From Mobula hypostoma (lineage: Eukaryota): DNA of 64,000 bases. The notes beneath the pieces were generated by a model. It saw only the letters and a program-made list of their open reading frames with translations. It ran no database searches and was not told where the DNA came from. The DNA lies in contig NC_086097.1 of the NCBI RefSeq assembly GCF_963921235.1, forward strand, positions 209,314,001 to 209,378,000, in the 5' to 3' direction. Shown here piece after piece: positions 24,791 through 38,789 of the stretch (its first letter is position 1; every line of letters begins with the position of its first letter). The translations under genes were made by a program, and so were the position numbers.

Positions 24791-25394
24791 AGCAGCAGTC
24801 TATAGAGATTATTATGGAACTCATTTGCACAAGGGAAAATATCGTTCATTCCCTTGTCAAAGTTAATTCCACAATGAAATCACCAGTGTAGAATTTTGTG
24901 TTCAAGACTCTGGAGCTAAATTTGAATCAGCGATCTTCTGACTGAGAGGCAACAATTGTGCCACCTGAGCCATAGTTGATCATAAAATGTCAATGCCGCT
25001 TTAAGCAGCCCACTTCTGTATCAACCAACTATCCAACTAGCCCCAATTCCATCATCTGAAGTGGTTTAGAAGGTACCTTCTTCCCTTCTTCCCAACACCT
25101 CACTCCAACATTATATCCTTCTCTTGTACCCAAAAACTGCAGAGATGAAGAAGCAAGATAATGATGATATAGAAATAGCTTCACTGATTCAGCTATTTAA
25201 AGAACAACTGACGCATCATTTAAAGACCATTTTGGAGACAGAATCAGTACATAGTGAGAGCTGGGCAAGACAGCCCTTTAGCTCATCCAGGAGGCATGGA
25301 GAGCATAGGTCCACTAAGGTCAGGAGAGATGAGCTTTTCTACGGAAGGCTCAGATGAGTATTTTCAGGGAGAGAAGCCTGCTACATTGAGCATC

Positions 25395-25670
25395 GAACAT
25401 AGAGCTGTACAGCACAGCACAGGCTCCCCAGCCCATGATGTTGTGCCAACTTTTTAATCTACTCCAAAATCAATCTAACCCTTCCCACTCACATAGTCCT
25501 CCATTTTTAGTTCATCCTTGTGACTATCTAAGAGTCTCTTAAATATCCCCAATGTATCTGACTCTATCATCACCCCCGGCAGTACATTCCATGCACTTAA
25601 CACTGTGTAAAAAACCCCTCTGTAAGTATACCCGGTCATATTAGCCATTGCCAACCTGGCTGTCCACTCT
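25395..25670 (-). mobile_element. Old CR1 3' end
   Basis: Degenerate match to the CR1 3' ends at 6537 and 29712. Confidence 0.75.
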
Positions 25671-27539
25671 CTCTTTATGACAAGTTAGAAAGCCACACAG
25701 CAACAGTGCACTGTGGTGAAGCAGAGACTTCTGTAAGAATCTATTAGGAAACCTTCGACTACTCTCACACACGCACAGTTTACTTCTCTATCCTCTAAAT
25801 TGCTTTTGTTTATAGCAAACAAAATTTACCATTGTTTATTGGGTCTTGCAAGGTATTATAACAGTTAAACCATATCAGTTTCAACAGACCATGAGCTTCA
25901 ATAAGGTACAGCCATTGTGGAGCAAGAGCCAGCTATCCACTCACAGTATCTCACCACTTTTGTTCCAGCATTCAGCCGGCCTAGACTATTGCCTCTCATG
26001 GCAAGATGTTGCAGTCTAAATCTGGAATCTTCCTCTAAGAACAAATGAAAATCCACAGCTTACCAAGATACACACTGCAACCATTGAACAGTACTACCCA
26101 AGAGCACAAGGGCATTTGGGACTAATGCACAGACATTATTCCTGGATGACATTTAGTGAGGATAATTGCTTTGCAACCATTCTCTGCAGATGTGGCCTCT
26201 AAATTAGAGTCCTTCTACTCCCACTACTCCTGAAATAACCTACAGGGAATCAAAATAACATGGTTCTGTACCTCCATTAGTAACCTGGAGATCTTAGCAT
26301 GCAATCTGGGGACACGAGCTAAAACTCCACTGTGGAAACTGGACAATTTAAGACAATTAATAAATGACAGGAAGAAATATCTATAATGCTATCAATGAAC
26401 CTGCCAGATTGTTATAAAATGCTTCCTTGAGCACAGATGACCTTTAAGGAAATAAGTTTGGAATCCTTACCCTAATTTGACTTGGTACTCACCAAATTAT
26501 CCATCAGAGGTTAGAAAATAAGATTAGAAGAAATAATAGCATTTTTTGTTGTCACATGTACATTGAAATAGTGAATGCATTGTTTCACATTAACACCCAA
26601 CACAACCTGAGATGTGCTAGGGGCAGGCAGCCCATGAGTGTCACCATACTTCCAGTGCCAATGTACCATGGCAGACAACAAATCACAGATGGTCACAGCA
26701 CAGTCTTTGCAGAGACACAGGCTTATATGCGTGCCAAGGATTCCTTCTATATTATCTCCTGAAACCACCACTCAGCAAGTAATGCAGGATGTCTGGAAAG
26801 AGAAAAACTGAGGCTGCATGTCAAGTCCAAAAAGTTTCCATAGATCTTGCCTGACCTACTAATGTTGCCAGCACTTTCTGTTTGTATTTCCAGCATCTGC
26901 TGTTCTTTGATTTTCAGTAGGCATTTTAGCATTGGGCGTTCATGAGTCACTGTGTTTCTGGAGGCAACTGCTTCAGAACGAGCTGTGCCAGTAATCATCC
27001 TGCTCTAGTACAGCATGACACTGGCAGCAATGTGCATTGTAAAATGTTGCTGAAATATAACTCTTCCACAAAAGCAAGAAAATACAGTCTTATGAATTAA
27101 TGTCTCTTCAGTTAACTTGCAATGATCAGCAAAATGTGGGAACATGTCATCAGCAGAGTTATTAAGTAGTACTCACTGATGCGTTAGTTAGGTTCTGCAG
27201 GGGTCACTTGATTCCAAATCTCAAGACAGAGTCCAAGGCACAATTTTATTCAGCTGCTTTATAACTGATTTTCCCTCCATTATATTGGGAGAAATTGGGA
27301 TATTAATTAATGAGTGTACAGGGTTCAGTTTCACTTGTAACTTCTCAGATAATGCTCACATGCAAATATGGAGTGAAAATTAGCATTATTCAGGATAATT
27401 AGCATTGTTGGCCTTCTACAATAGGAATTGTCCAATCATGACTCCTAACATTCAACATTAACAATGTAGCATGCTTCATCTTTAAAGATTAGAGGTTGTC
27501 ACTGAGTAAAACAGATTACATAGGATTCCATTCTTGAGA

Positions 27540-28032
27540 ATCAACTGTATTTGGAGTACTGTGCTCGGTTCTGGTCACCTCACTACAGGAAGGATGTGGA
27601 AACCATAGAAAGGGTGCAGAGGAGATTTACAAGGATGTTGCCTGGATTGAGGAGCATGCCTTATGAGAATAGGTTGAGTGAACTTGGCCTTTTCTCCTTG
27701 GAGTGATGGTGGATGAGAAGTGACCTGGTAGTGGTATATAAGATGATTGCTCGTGGATAGCCAGAGGCTATTTCCCAGGGCTGAAATGGCTAACACGAGA
27801 GGGCATAGTTTTAAGGTGCTTGGAAGTAGGTACAAGGGGGATGTCAGAGGCAAGTTTTTCACAGAGAGAGTGGTGGGTCTCTTAAGAGACAGTTGGATAG
27901 GTACATGAGCTTAGAAAAACAGAGGGCTATGCAGTAGGCAAACTCTAAAGTAGGTTACATGGTCAGCACAACATTATGGGCCGAAGGACCTGTTATGTGC
28001 TGTAGATTTTCTGTCTTCTGTGTTCTATGTTC
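27540..28032 (+). mobile_element. CR1 LINE 3' portion
   Basis: LEYCARFWSPHYRKDVETIERVQRRFTRMLPGL and a TTCTATGT tail. Confidence 0.92.
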
Positions 28033-28561
28033 CAATTGTCCAGAAGCTAATTTCTCCACAATCAGAAATGTCCATTTTCTGTAGCAACCGATATTGTATT
28101 GTTGCAGAGATACTTGCTATAATTCCGTCTTGTCATTGAATATACCAAATGCTACCCATAATTAAGCTAATAGAATATATACAGTATCCAGTCATTAATG
28201 AGAACTGTGAAACACTTAATTATTAGTATTATTGCAAGCTTGAAAATTGCTTTGGAACTGTATGGGAAAATTTTGCTAAGGTCAGATTTTTGTAAGTCAG
28301 GTCACTTGGAACCCAGACAGCCCCTATATAATTAGTTTAACCACATAAGTCCAATGACTACTACACATTAAGCAGATGGGTGCTCATGATGACTTTCCAA
28401 TATATTCCAGTATCTGCAATCCATTAATGTAATTGAATGCTCCTCACCTCCTGGTAACACCACCCAGGAAGAAACATCCTTTTTGGCAAATCATACACTA
28501 ATATACACGCTCAAACACAGCATTCCCTGCTCAAACACAGCATTTACATAAAATTACACCA

Positions 28562-28913
28562 TTTCAAGTTCAGTTCACTGTCATTCAACCACACATATGT
28601 ATACCACCAAATGAAACAACAGTCCTCCAGACCAAGGTGCACAATACAGTGTATATAACTCACACACATATTGCATAAAGTAATATTACTAAAATGAAAT
28701 TAACAAATAATAAGGTGTATATATGGAACAAGTTAAAAAAAGGATACAGTATAACATCACTGGTGCTTCATATGTGCTGCGATCTGGGTGGTGACAGGTG
28801 GTTCAGTAGCTTTACAACCTGGGGGAAGAAGCTGTTTTCCTTTCTAACAATTTTTGTCCAAAGCTATGGTACATCCTGCCTGATGGTGGAGGTGGTGGGG
28901 GGGGGGGCAAAGA
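28562..28913 (-). mobile_element. Rex1/Babar-type 3' end, same family as 23835
   Basis: Colinear with 23840-24168. Confidence 0.7.
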
Positions 28914-29711
28914 TATTAATGAATTTTACATAAAATTGAACCATTGTTATAATAGAGAAGGGGTTCAGTTTGCCCACTGAGTTAATGCAAGTTCCTAGTA
29001 GAGCAATCTTACCCATCCCTTTCACTTGCTCCATTCTTATAGTCTTGTAGAACATAATTCATCAAAGAAATTTGGCAGGTCTTCTGTGGCATCAGCTCGC
29101 AAACTCATGTGACCTAGAAAGATGAGATGAACAAGTCCTTGAAAATGCCACGAACTTAGAAATATATTTTATTCTCTGAAGCTCACAGTGTTAGAATCTT
29201 GGAACACTTTCCTTAAAAACTCAAAAGGACAGCAGCAATTCAAAAAAGCAGCTCACCACCACTTTCTGAGGAGAAATTATGAGTGGGAATTAAATGTTCG
29301 CCTTGTCAGTGAAATCTACATTCTGCCTATAAATGAAAAATCTTACACTCCAGTTACGTGGAAACTTTGTACAGGGATTAGCTGGCTCGAGAATGCTGTG
29401 GGAAAGACTAATTCTATTTCACAGGAAATTGACAGCAGAACTGGAACTAGAAAAAATATACTGATGGGAAAGTTTCTACATGAACCAAACCAGGAATCTG
29501 GTACTTGGAAAAATGATAAATGAGCTAGTTGAAGAGTATTTGGCTAGTAAAAAAAGGAAAGAATGGAGAGAAATGGAAATGATAAATAACAGCACCACAA
29601 TTAACAAAAGAGTACAGGATAGATTAATCAAAATTATGTTGCCGGCAAAATACGGCAGAAGATGTTGATTAGCTGACAAATAGAAGCCATGTAAGCAAAA
29701 GAAATACATTT

Positions 29712-30060
29712 AGAAACATATAAAACCTACAGCAAAATACAAGCTGTTTAGCCCACAAAGCTGTGCTGAACATGTCTTTACCTTAGAAATTACCTAGGGT
29801 AATAGCCCTCTATTTTTCTAAGCATGTACCTATCCAGGAGTCTCTTAAAAGACCCTATCGTATCCGCCTCCACCACCATTGCCGGCAGCCCATTCCACGC
29901 ACCCACCACTCTCGGCGTAAAAAAACTTACCCCTGACATCTCCTCTGCACTGCTTCCAAGCACCTTAAAACTGTGCCCTCTCGTGCTAGCCATCTCAGCC
30001 CTGGGAAAAAGCCTCCGACTATCCACACGATCAATGCCTCTCACCATCCTGCACACCTCA
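29712..30060 (-). mobile_element. CR1 LINE 3' end
   Basis: GIDRVDSRRLFPRAE..RVVGAWNGLP..SFKRLLDRYM. Confidence 0.92.
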
Positions 30061-30689
30061 TTTAGCTCAAAGCTCACCTCTTAAGCTGCTACTACTTAGT
30101 GCTAGTTAGCATTCTTAACCAAAAAAGTAACCTTGTGCAAACACATGATCTACATATAAGAAGCAAGTTGAATGAATAGAAGGTTCAAATTTCACGTGGA
30201 CAATATGATATGGGAACATTACTGAATCAAAAACAAAATACTGTGAATATTGGAAATTAAAAATTTAACAGCAAGTACTAAAAATACTCCACAGATCAGG
30301 CAGATTTTGTAACAATATTTCAGGTCAAAGGTGTTGGTTCACAAGTTTAGAAATCAATAGAGTTTAAAATGTTAAAAAAATCAGAAGTGGAAGAGAGGAT
30401 AGCCTCTGACAGGGTGGGAGAGATTATGTGGAGATGCTGTGAAAAGTGAAAGACTGGTAGCAATGGGACGTGTATAAAGAAACAAAAGGTTACACCACTG
30501 GAAATGTAACTGGAAATCAGAATCATTATTTGAAAATACCATAGCAAGATAATGTGATTACAGAAAATCCTCAGTATCTGATGTTAGAGAATGATGTTGA
30601 GTCTGGAAGGCTTTGTTGTTTCACAAGAGATTCAGGAAAACGTGAAAACAAAGCAGAGTATTTAACTATTTGATGAAAAAAGTGTTTGA

Positions 30690-31320
30690 AAGCCAAGACC
30701 TGAAACTTAGCACTAACCCGTGAGGTTACTAAGCAGCACTGAATTCTCCTCTGCTGTACTCTTCTGAGTACTTACATCTAGCAGCTCCAAACACAGAAGA
30801 AATCCTGCCAATGCAGTCTCCGGCAGGATACATAAACTATGCTTTCTTGAGCCGCAGTCCCCAGCATCCAGGCACTAGTTACTCTCAGATGGCTTCAGTG
30901 GATGAGTAATGCCATTCACATGCAGACAACAGGCTCCTGAAGCTGATGCACGACCTTAAGCTCCATCATAGCGAGCGATTTTGGTTGGTCAGGCAAAACA
31001 CTTGGATGTTCTCAAAACCTCCTTCAAAATAAATCATAGCACTCTCACCTTCTGTTTGGAATCATCTTTCCAATCAAAATGGAAAAGGAGTTTGAGGGAA
31101 GTTACTGAGAACATTGCACCTCTTTCTCAGGAAATTTCCCATTAGAAATAGCAGAAGGAACACACCACGGCCACTCTAACCATCTGCTGTCAGACATCTC
31201 CTCTCCCACTCATAGCAGAGTCTCTGGATTATGAATATCTCCCTCCTCAGAATCCACAGAAGTGGAGAAGAAGCAGGTTGTTCTTGACTTCAAGAGACTA
31301 TCCAAAAAGTGGAAGAATGT
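30690..31320 (+). mobile_element. Old RTE-clade LINE relic
   Basis: Colinear, degenerate similarity to 3170-3830 (ACAACAG.CTCCTGAAGCT, CTCAAAAC.TC). Confidence 0.55.
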
Positions 31321-31844
31321 GACTACTCATAAAATGAGATATTCCTTAATCTTTGAGCTTCATTGAAATATTATAAGAGCTGAGGCCAACGACATCAGGG
31401 AAGGATGGGCACAGAAATTTAAAGTAAAAAGTATCTGGAACTTGGGGTTATACTTATCTTACCCAATTTCAGATTGATGGCCAGAAATTCACCCCAGTTG
31501 ATAGCACGAAATAGTAGCAGCTTAAGGGATGAGCTTTGAGCTAAATGAATTTGTTTCTTCCATTTACCTCTCTCCTGACCTCTTTCTTAACTAGCCAACT
31601 ATAATTGAGACATATCTCCAAGACAGTTTGGACTGGGAAATAAACATGCCATGTTAGATAGGAAAAATGACAGCAGGAGACGAAAAAGTAGTTGGTGAGA
31701 AGTAATATTGAAAATTAATAATTGAATTATTGTAAACAAAAATAAGGAAATGGTGTTTAGGCTGAATTGTTACAGTAGAGAAAGAACATAGAAAGCCAAA
31801 CATATACTGACAAGAATAAGAATTTGCCAAATTAATAGATAAAA

Positions 31845-32340
31845 TAATCAGAATCAGAATTAGGTTTAATATCACTGGCATACGCCGTGAAATTCATTAA
31901 CTTTACGGCAGCAATACATGATAAAAAATATAGAGAATAAAAACTGAGTTACATTAAATATATATGTCTATTAAATGGTTGTTAAAAGAAGTAGTGTAAA
32001 AAAACCCCAGAAATAAATATGTAGTGAGGTTGTGTCATGGTTTCAATGTCCATTTAGAAATCAGGTGGCAGAGGGGAAGAAACTGTTCCTGACTTGCTGA
32101 GTGTGTGCCTTCAGGATTCTGTACTTCCTTCCTGATGGTAACAATAGAAGAGGACATGCCCTGGTAGTGGGGATCCTTAGTAATGGATGCCACCTTCCTG
32201 AGGCACCACTCCTTGAAAATGTCTTGGAGGCTGGTACCCAGGATGGAGCTGACTACAGATAGTGATGCAACTAGTCAGAATGCTCTCCACGGTACATTTG
32301 TAGAAGTTTCCAAGTGTTTTAGTTGACAAACCAAGTCATC
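31845..32340 (-). mobile_element. Rex1/Babar-type 3' end
   Basis: (ATCAGA)n tail and the CTTCCTGATGGT ('LPSG') segment. Confidence 0.75.
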
Positions 32341-34111
32341 ATCAGAGGAACGGGATTCTGCAGGGAAATTACAGGAATTCCAATAGGAATTTCTGCCATT
32401 TCATAGCAAAAACTGAGCAAAGTCAGCTTTCCCACATGAGATTTCATAGACAAAAAAGTCCTGAGGTTCTTTCCAGCTGGGCATCACAGAATCTCCAACT
32501 GCTGTGACCTTTTGGTGGAACCCTGGGCAGAGATGTGGTGTTGTAGCATTTACCCACCATTTACAGAATAGAATCTGTTGAAAAAGCCCATGCCAAATTC
32601 AACATCCCCAAAACACCTCATCTATTTGTTTGAATAGAAAGAAACCATTGCATAGGTTCATGTAGATATATTTAATTACTTTAAACAATTTTATGTCCTA
32701 TACTATTTAAAGCAAATTAAATACTTGTAATGACTTGAATGTTTTAGTAGTTTTTCGAATGTTTCTAAATACTTCTGAATTCTAATTCAGTGGCTTGTAT
32801 AAGCCAGAATTCACATTTTTCTCAGTATTTTTCTGGGCAGGATTCCCCAGTGACTGAATGCGTACATTGGAGTGTTTGAGAAGACTTAGATCCAAAGGAT
32901 AGCTGTGAGCATAGGTTGATCTCCACTTTGTAAATCATAAGCCACTGGCGTTAAATAGAAATTCAGAACCCCAAAGACTAGATGTTTTAAAGGAGGGTGA
33001 GGTGAACACAATCAAATTCCCAACAATAGTCTCTAGTGATCAGGAACCATTCCTACAGATTGTACAATTTACTGTGTTACTAAAAGAAAATGAAAGAATT
33101 ATACATTAATTAGTCCAACTAAAATCGATTGAACATTGCTAGAGTCTGTAAGGTTTGAATAATGGAACATCATGAAAATTTTCATTTGGAAAGTATGGGG
33201 TTTTTTTTTTAAAAGTGATTGAATTTTTCAGAGCTTTCTAAATATGGGGGAATGAATATGAATGCTATTTCTATGATCAACCAGATTTTTAATAAAGTTT
33301 CTCATGACACTTGAAACTAAAGTTTAAAACTTGTGAATTTGAAGGTAAATAATGGACCTCATTAGTGGCTAGAGACTGAAAGTAAAAAAAAATGGGCAGC
33401 TATTCATAATGTCAGGTGTGACTAGTGGCCTAATTTAGTAACAAGTGTTGGGAGCAGTGCTAGCTTACATACTTTTACACAACTGATAATGAGATAAAAT
33501 ACAATAATTGCAGGTCTGCCAAGATGCAAGGACAGAGAGCTTCATAAAAGCAATGGAGAGGAAAGCATTAAATTGCAAAGGCTGTAGGGATATGGGGAAA
33601 ATGAAGGTACCGTATGCGGAGTGTGGTCCATGACATGATCTCAATGAATGGTGAAGCAGGCTCAGTAAATAAATGGTCTTTTGTTTCTGTGTTCCTATGT
33701 TCTGTTTTCCCAGTGCAGCTCACATTTCCATTACATTCTGATCAATGATTTATGCTTACCATCTGTTTCATGATTTCACTGCCTATTCATAAACTCCGAG
33801 AGTAATGTAAAATCATCTTATCAGTACAGCACAAAGGAACACATCACATATTCATTTAATAAATAAGAAAGACAACTGGGACAGATTTTCATTGAAGTTA
33901 CCCAGAAATGATAGGCAGGTTCATAATTACATGTGCTGTTAATGCTGCACTACTTTTTATAAAATAACTAACTAACAAGCAAAAGCAGTTCTCTAAAGCA
34001 AATGCATGCAGACCTTCTGATAGATCCAAAGATCTTAGAAATTGTAGGGAAGGTGTCTACCCTTAGTTGCTAAAGGCACAATATGGTAGATTTTGGAATT
34101 CTTTTCTATGC

Positions 34112-34839
34112 TGGTTTAAGATGGCACTGGTGAAGCATAGTGACTATTTGCCAGTAGCAACAAAATGATAAATTACTGTCTTAATCACACTTTTTTGTGG
34201 ATACAGTCACTGCAATCAGTAGCCTGTAATTTCCCTTTCGGAGTTGAAATTTTGAACTGCCTGTACAGCCAGGCCTTTTTGCGGTGTAAACTGAAGTCTC
34301 GAAGGTGCAGAACAGTTGTGGCATGGTGTGTATGGGCTAAATGAAGGCAACGGGGCCTGGGCCTGAGTGCTGGGAAGGAGCCAATGTCTGGCCATTGCTG
34401 GAGCAGTCTTGAAAGCAATTCAATGCAGCAGAACCAAGGTGAGGTGAGGCAGCGTCAAAGTGGGGGGCCCCTGGGCCAAGAGTGAGGTAAGAATCAAGGT
34501 TTGAGTGATTTAAGCATCGGGCTGAATCGGAAATATCGAGTACCGGCCGAATTGAGGCAGCAGGACCCAGGTCTGAGAGTGAGGAATGACCCCAGATTTG
34601 GATAATTTCGGTGCCGGGACAGATTGGCTTCATTGCTGTTTATTCACTTTTGTGAACTTCAGTTCTGAATGTTATTAGCTTACTTTTATCATTTGCATGT
34701 TTTTTTTCTGCACTGTGTGTTTGATGGTCTTTTTAATGGGTCCTATTGGGTTTCTTTGCTTTGTAGCTGCCTGTAAGGAGACAAATCTCAAGGATGTATA
34801 ACGTGTACGTTTCGATAATAAGTGTACTTTGAACTTTGT
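34112..34839 (+). mobile_element. Bipartite non-autonomous LINE derivative, copy 2 of 3
   Basis: GGTTTAAGATGGCACTGG start and GATAATAAGTGTACTTTGAACTTTG end; homologous to 1841 and 56203. Confidence 0.7.
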
Positions 34840-35628
34840 ACTTTTACCAATGGAGTTGAGTCTTAGAAGTGAAGTACACTTTGCAGCTGTTTCTACATTG
34901 TTTTTGCATGTGCATCTCGGGTGAATTTCTACCTCAGAATTCTTTAAATAGGGAACTAATTAAACTTGTGAGTAAGATCACTGTCTGATTGGAGGAAACA
35001 AAATGGGTGGTGACATCCAGATACCTTTGCATCCTCAGTTTTCCATGTGACTTACATTTTATAGATGCAGAGGGCTGCAAGAGCTGATCTTTTCAACTTA
35101 AAAGGTGATCCACAAAGAAGAGCTAACCCTAATTGTCTGGTAGACTTATAGTAGCCTACCACTGAAATGCCTCCTAAGAATTCTATTTCAACCAATAACA
35201 ATTGGAATGAAAAAAATATATATTCCAGCAGATGGAAATGATTAAAAAGCAAGAAATGACATTTTATTAAAAAAAATGGGATAAATGCATTTAAGTAAAA
35301 TCATTTGACAATGCTAATGAATAATTACAAATTTTAAATATTTGCCTGGACTTGCCTCTTTCCACAAGCTGTCATGTGCCACATTGCTCTGGGGTAAAGC
35401 TGAGAGTCCACATATCAAATGCATTTAGCCCTACACCTCCGAACATTGGGGCTCAATCATGAGGATGAGCTCTTATTCCATCAACCGAGCAATAGATCAG
35501 TCATGCTGACTTTTGACCTCCATCACCTTTCAGAATTCTGCAGTTGTGCACAGATGTCCAAGACATTCTGAGATCCAAACACAGTAAAGACCCCGACAGA
35601 CTCACAGGTGAAATGTCGCCTCACCTGG

Positions 35629-38600
35629 AAGGTGTCAGATCTCTCAGTGGGAGAGCACTTTGGAGATAGTGATCATAATTCTATCTCCTTTACAATAGCA
35701 TTGGAGAGAGATAGGAACAGACAAGTTAGAAAAGCGTTTAATTGGAGTAAGGGGAATTATGAGGCTATCAGGCAGGAAATTGAAGGCTTAAATTAGAAAC
35801 AGATGTTCTCAGGGAAAAGTATGGAAGAAATGTGGCAAATATTCAGGGTATATATGTGTGGAGTTCTGCATAGGTACGTTCCAATGAGACAGGGAAGTTA
35901 TGGTAGGGTACAGGAACCGTGATGTACAAAGGCTGTAATAGATCTAGTCAAGAAGAAATGAAAAGCTTACAGAAGGTTCAGAGAGCTAGGTAATGTTAGA
36001 GATCTAGAAGATTATAAGGCTAATAGGAAGGAGCTTAAGAAGGAAATTAGGAGAGCCAGAAGGGGCCATGAGAAGGCCTTGGCGAGCAGGATTAAGCAAA
36101 ACCTCAAGGTATTCTAGAAGTATGTGAAGAGCAAGAGGATAAGATGTGAAAGAATAGGACCTATCAAGTGTGACAGTGGGAAAATGTGTATGGAATCGGA
36201 GGAAATAACAGAGGTACTTAATGAATACTGTACTTCAGTATTCACTATGGAAAAGGATCTTGGTGATTGTAGTGATGACTTGCAGCAGACTGAAAAGCTT
36301 GAACATGTAGATACTAAGAAAGAGGATGCGCTGGAGCTTTTGGAAAGCATCAAGTTGGATAAGTCGCTGGGACCAGATGAAATGTACCCCAGGCTACTCT
36401 GGGAGGCGAGGGAGTAGAATGCTGAGCCTCTGGCAATGATCTTTGAATCATCAATGGGACGGGAGAGGTTCCAGAGGATCGGAGGGTTGCGGATGTTGTT
36501 CCTTTATTCAAGAAAGGGAGTAGAGATAGCCCAGGAAATTATAGACCAGCAAGTCTTACCTCAGTGGCTCGTAGTTGATGGAGAAGATCCTGAGAAGCAG
36601 GATTTATGAACATTTGGAGAGGTATAATAAGATAAGGAGTAGTCAGCATGGCTTCGTCAAGGACAGGTCATGCCTTACAAGCCTGATTGAATTTTTTGAG
36701 GAAGTGATTAAACACATTGATGAAGGAAGAGCAATAGATGTAGTATATATGGATTTCAGCAACGCTTTTGATAAGGTACCCCATGCAAGGCTTATTGAGA
36801 AGGTAAAGAGGCATGGGATCCAAGGAGACATTGCTTTGTGGATCCAGAAGTGGCTTGCCCACAGAAGGCAAAGAGTGGTTGTAGCTGGGTCATATTCTGC
36901 ATGGAGGCTGGTCACCAGTGGAGTGCCTCAGGGATCTGTTCTGGGACCCTTACTCTTAGTGATTTTTATAAATGACCTGGATGAGGAAGTGGAGGGATGG
37001 GTTAGTAAGTTTGCTGATGACACAAAGGTTGGAAGTGTTGTAGATAGTGTGGAGGGCTGTCAGAGGTTACAGCGGGACATTGATAGGATGCAAAACTGGG
37101 CTGAGAAGCGGCAGATGGAGTTGAACCCAAATAAGTGTGAAGTGGTTCATTTTGGTAGGTCAAATATGATGGCAGAATATCGTATTAATGGTAAGACTTT
37201 TGACAGTATGGAGGATCAGAGGGATCTTGGGGTCCGTGTCCATAGGACCCCCAAAGCAGCTGCACAGGTTGACTCTGTGGTTAAGGTGTACGGTGTATTA
37301 GCCTTCATCAATCGTGGAATTGAACTTAGGAGCCGAGAGGTAATGTTGCAGCTATATAGGACCCTGATCAGACCATACTTGGAGTACTGTGCTCAGTTCT
37401 GGTTGCCTCACTACAGGAAGGATGTGGAAGCTATAAAAAGGGTGCAGAGGAGATTTACAAGGATGTTGCCTGGATTGGGGAGCATTTCCTAGTGCACATG
37501 CGCCAGTTGTGCATGCAACCTGGTACAGCCGTCCCGATCTATTCTTACTTTCTTCTTTTTACTTTTAATTTACGTTATTTTTTGTATTTTTTTTCTCACG
37601 GTAACACGTCGAAGCTGCACCCTCTCTAACATGCTGGTAGAGAGAGTTTTATTTGGGTTTTCTTTAGCGCTGGAAATGGTTACATCCCGACACGTGGGAC
37701 AGAAGCAAGGTCGCGTTGTGTATTCCACGGACCAGCAAATACCGGCCGGTTTAGCGAACAGAGCAGCGGATACCCCTGCAGAAATCCGGAGGAAAACACA
37801 CAGAGGATGCAGAGGAGGATCACAAAGCTGAGGAAAGAGGACTGGGTCGAGACAACAGAGACTTTTGGAGAAGAGGAGTTCGGTGGGTAATACCGTTCTG
37901 GCTGACCGGAAGTGCACTGAGAGCGGTAAGTGTAAAGGAGTTGGGTGCTTACTGATCTGGTTAACAACAGATGGTGCAATTCGGGGTATATTACGATCGA
38001 GGAACATATTTGTAGACTGGATATTGAACTTTTTACTGTTGGACTCCGGCCACATTCCACCGTGATACAACACTGGGCGGCACAAGAAGTCATTCCTGCC
38101 TGTGGCCATCGAACGTGCATCTCCTCCTGTGGAGGGTCAGACACCCTGAGCCAATAGACTGGTCCTGGACTTATTTTCCATCTGGTATAGTTTACATTTT
38201 GTTGTTTGATTGTTGGGGGGGTTTGTATTGCTGTATTTATGCTCTATTCTTGATGGGTGCGGCTGTAACAAAACCAAAATTCCCTCGGGACTAATAAAGT
38301 ATATCTATCTATCTATCTATCTTATGAAAATAGGTTGAGTGAACTCAGCCTTTTCTCCTTGGAGCGAGGGAGGATGAGAGGTGACCTGATAGAGGTGTGT
38401 AAGGTGATCAGAGGCATTGATTGTGTGGATAGTCAGAGCCTTTTTCCCAGGGCTGAAATGGTTGCCACAAGAGGACACAAGTTTAAGGTGCTGGGGAGTA
38501 GGTACAGAGGAGATGTCAGGGGTAAGTTTTTTGCTCAGAGAGTAGTGAGTGCATGGAATGGGCTGCCGGCAATGGTGGTGGAGTCAGATACAATAGGGTC

Positions 38601-38742
38601 TTTTAAGAGACATTTAGATAGGTACATGGAGCTTAGTAAAGAGCTATACGTAAGTCTAGTAATTTCTAAAGTAGGGACATGTTCAGCTCAACTCTGTGGG
38701 CCAAAAGGCCTGTATTGTGCTGTAGGTTTTCTATGTTTCTAA
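35629..38742 (+). mobile_element. CR1 LINE, 5'-truncated ORF2, interrupted at about 37485-38320
   Basis: VSDLSVGEHFGDSDHN, RT ORF 36575-37492 (YMDFSNAFDKVPH, SKFADDTK), C-terminus resuming after 38320 and a TTCTATGTTTCTA tail. Confidence 0.95.
37485..38320 (+). mobile_element. Internally deleted Rex1/Babar-type element
   Basis: A 5' region and endonuclease fragment (LVNNRWCNSGYITIEEHICRLDIELFTVGLRP) fused directly to the ORF C-terminus (RHKKSFLPVAI), then a 3' UTR, AATAAAG and an (ATCT)n tail. Confidence 0.75.
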
Positions 38743-38789
38743 AACTGTTTTGGGCCTTGAATGTAGGGCCATTAGGGCCCTGAATCTAC

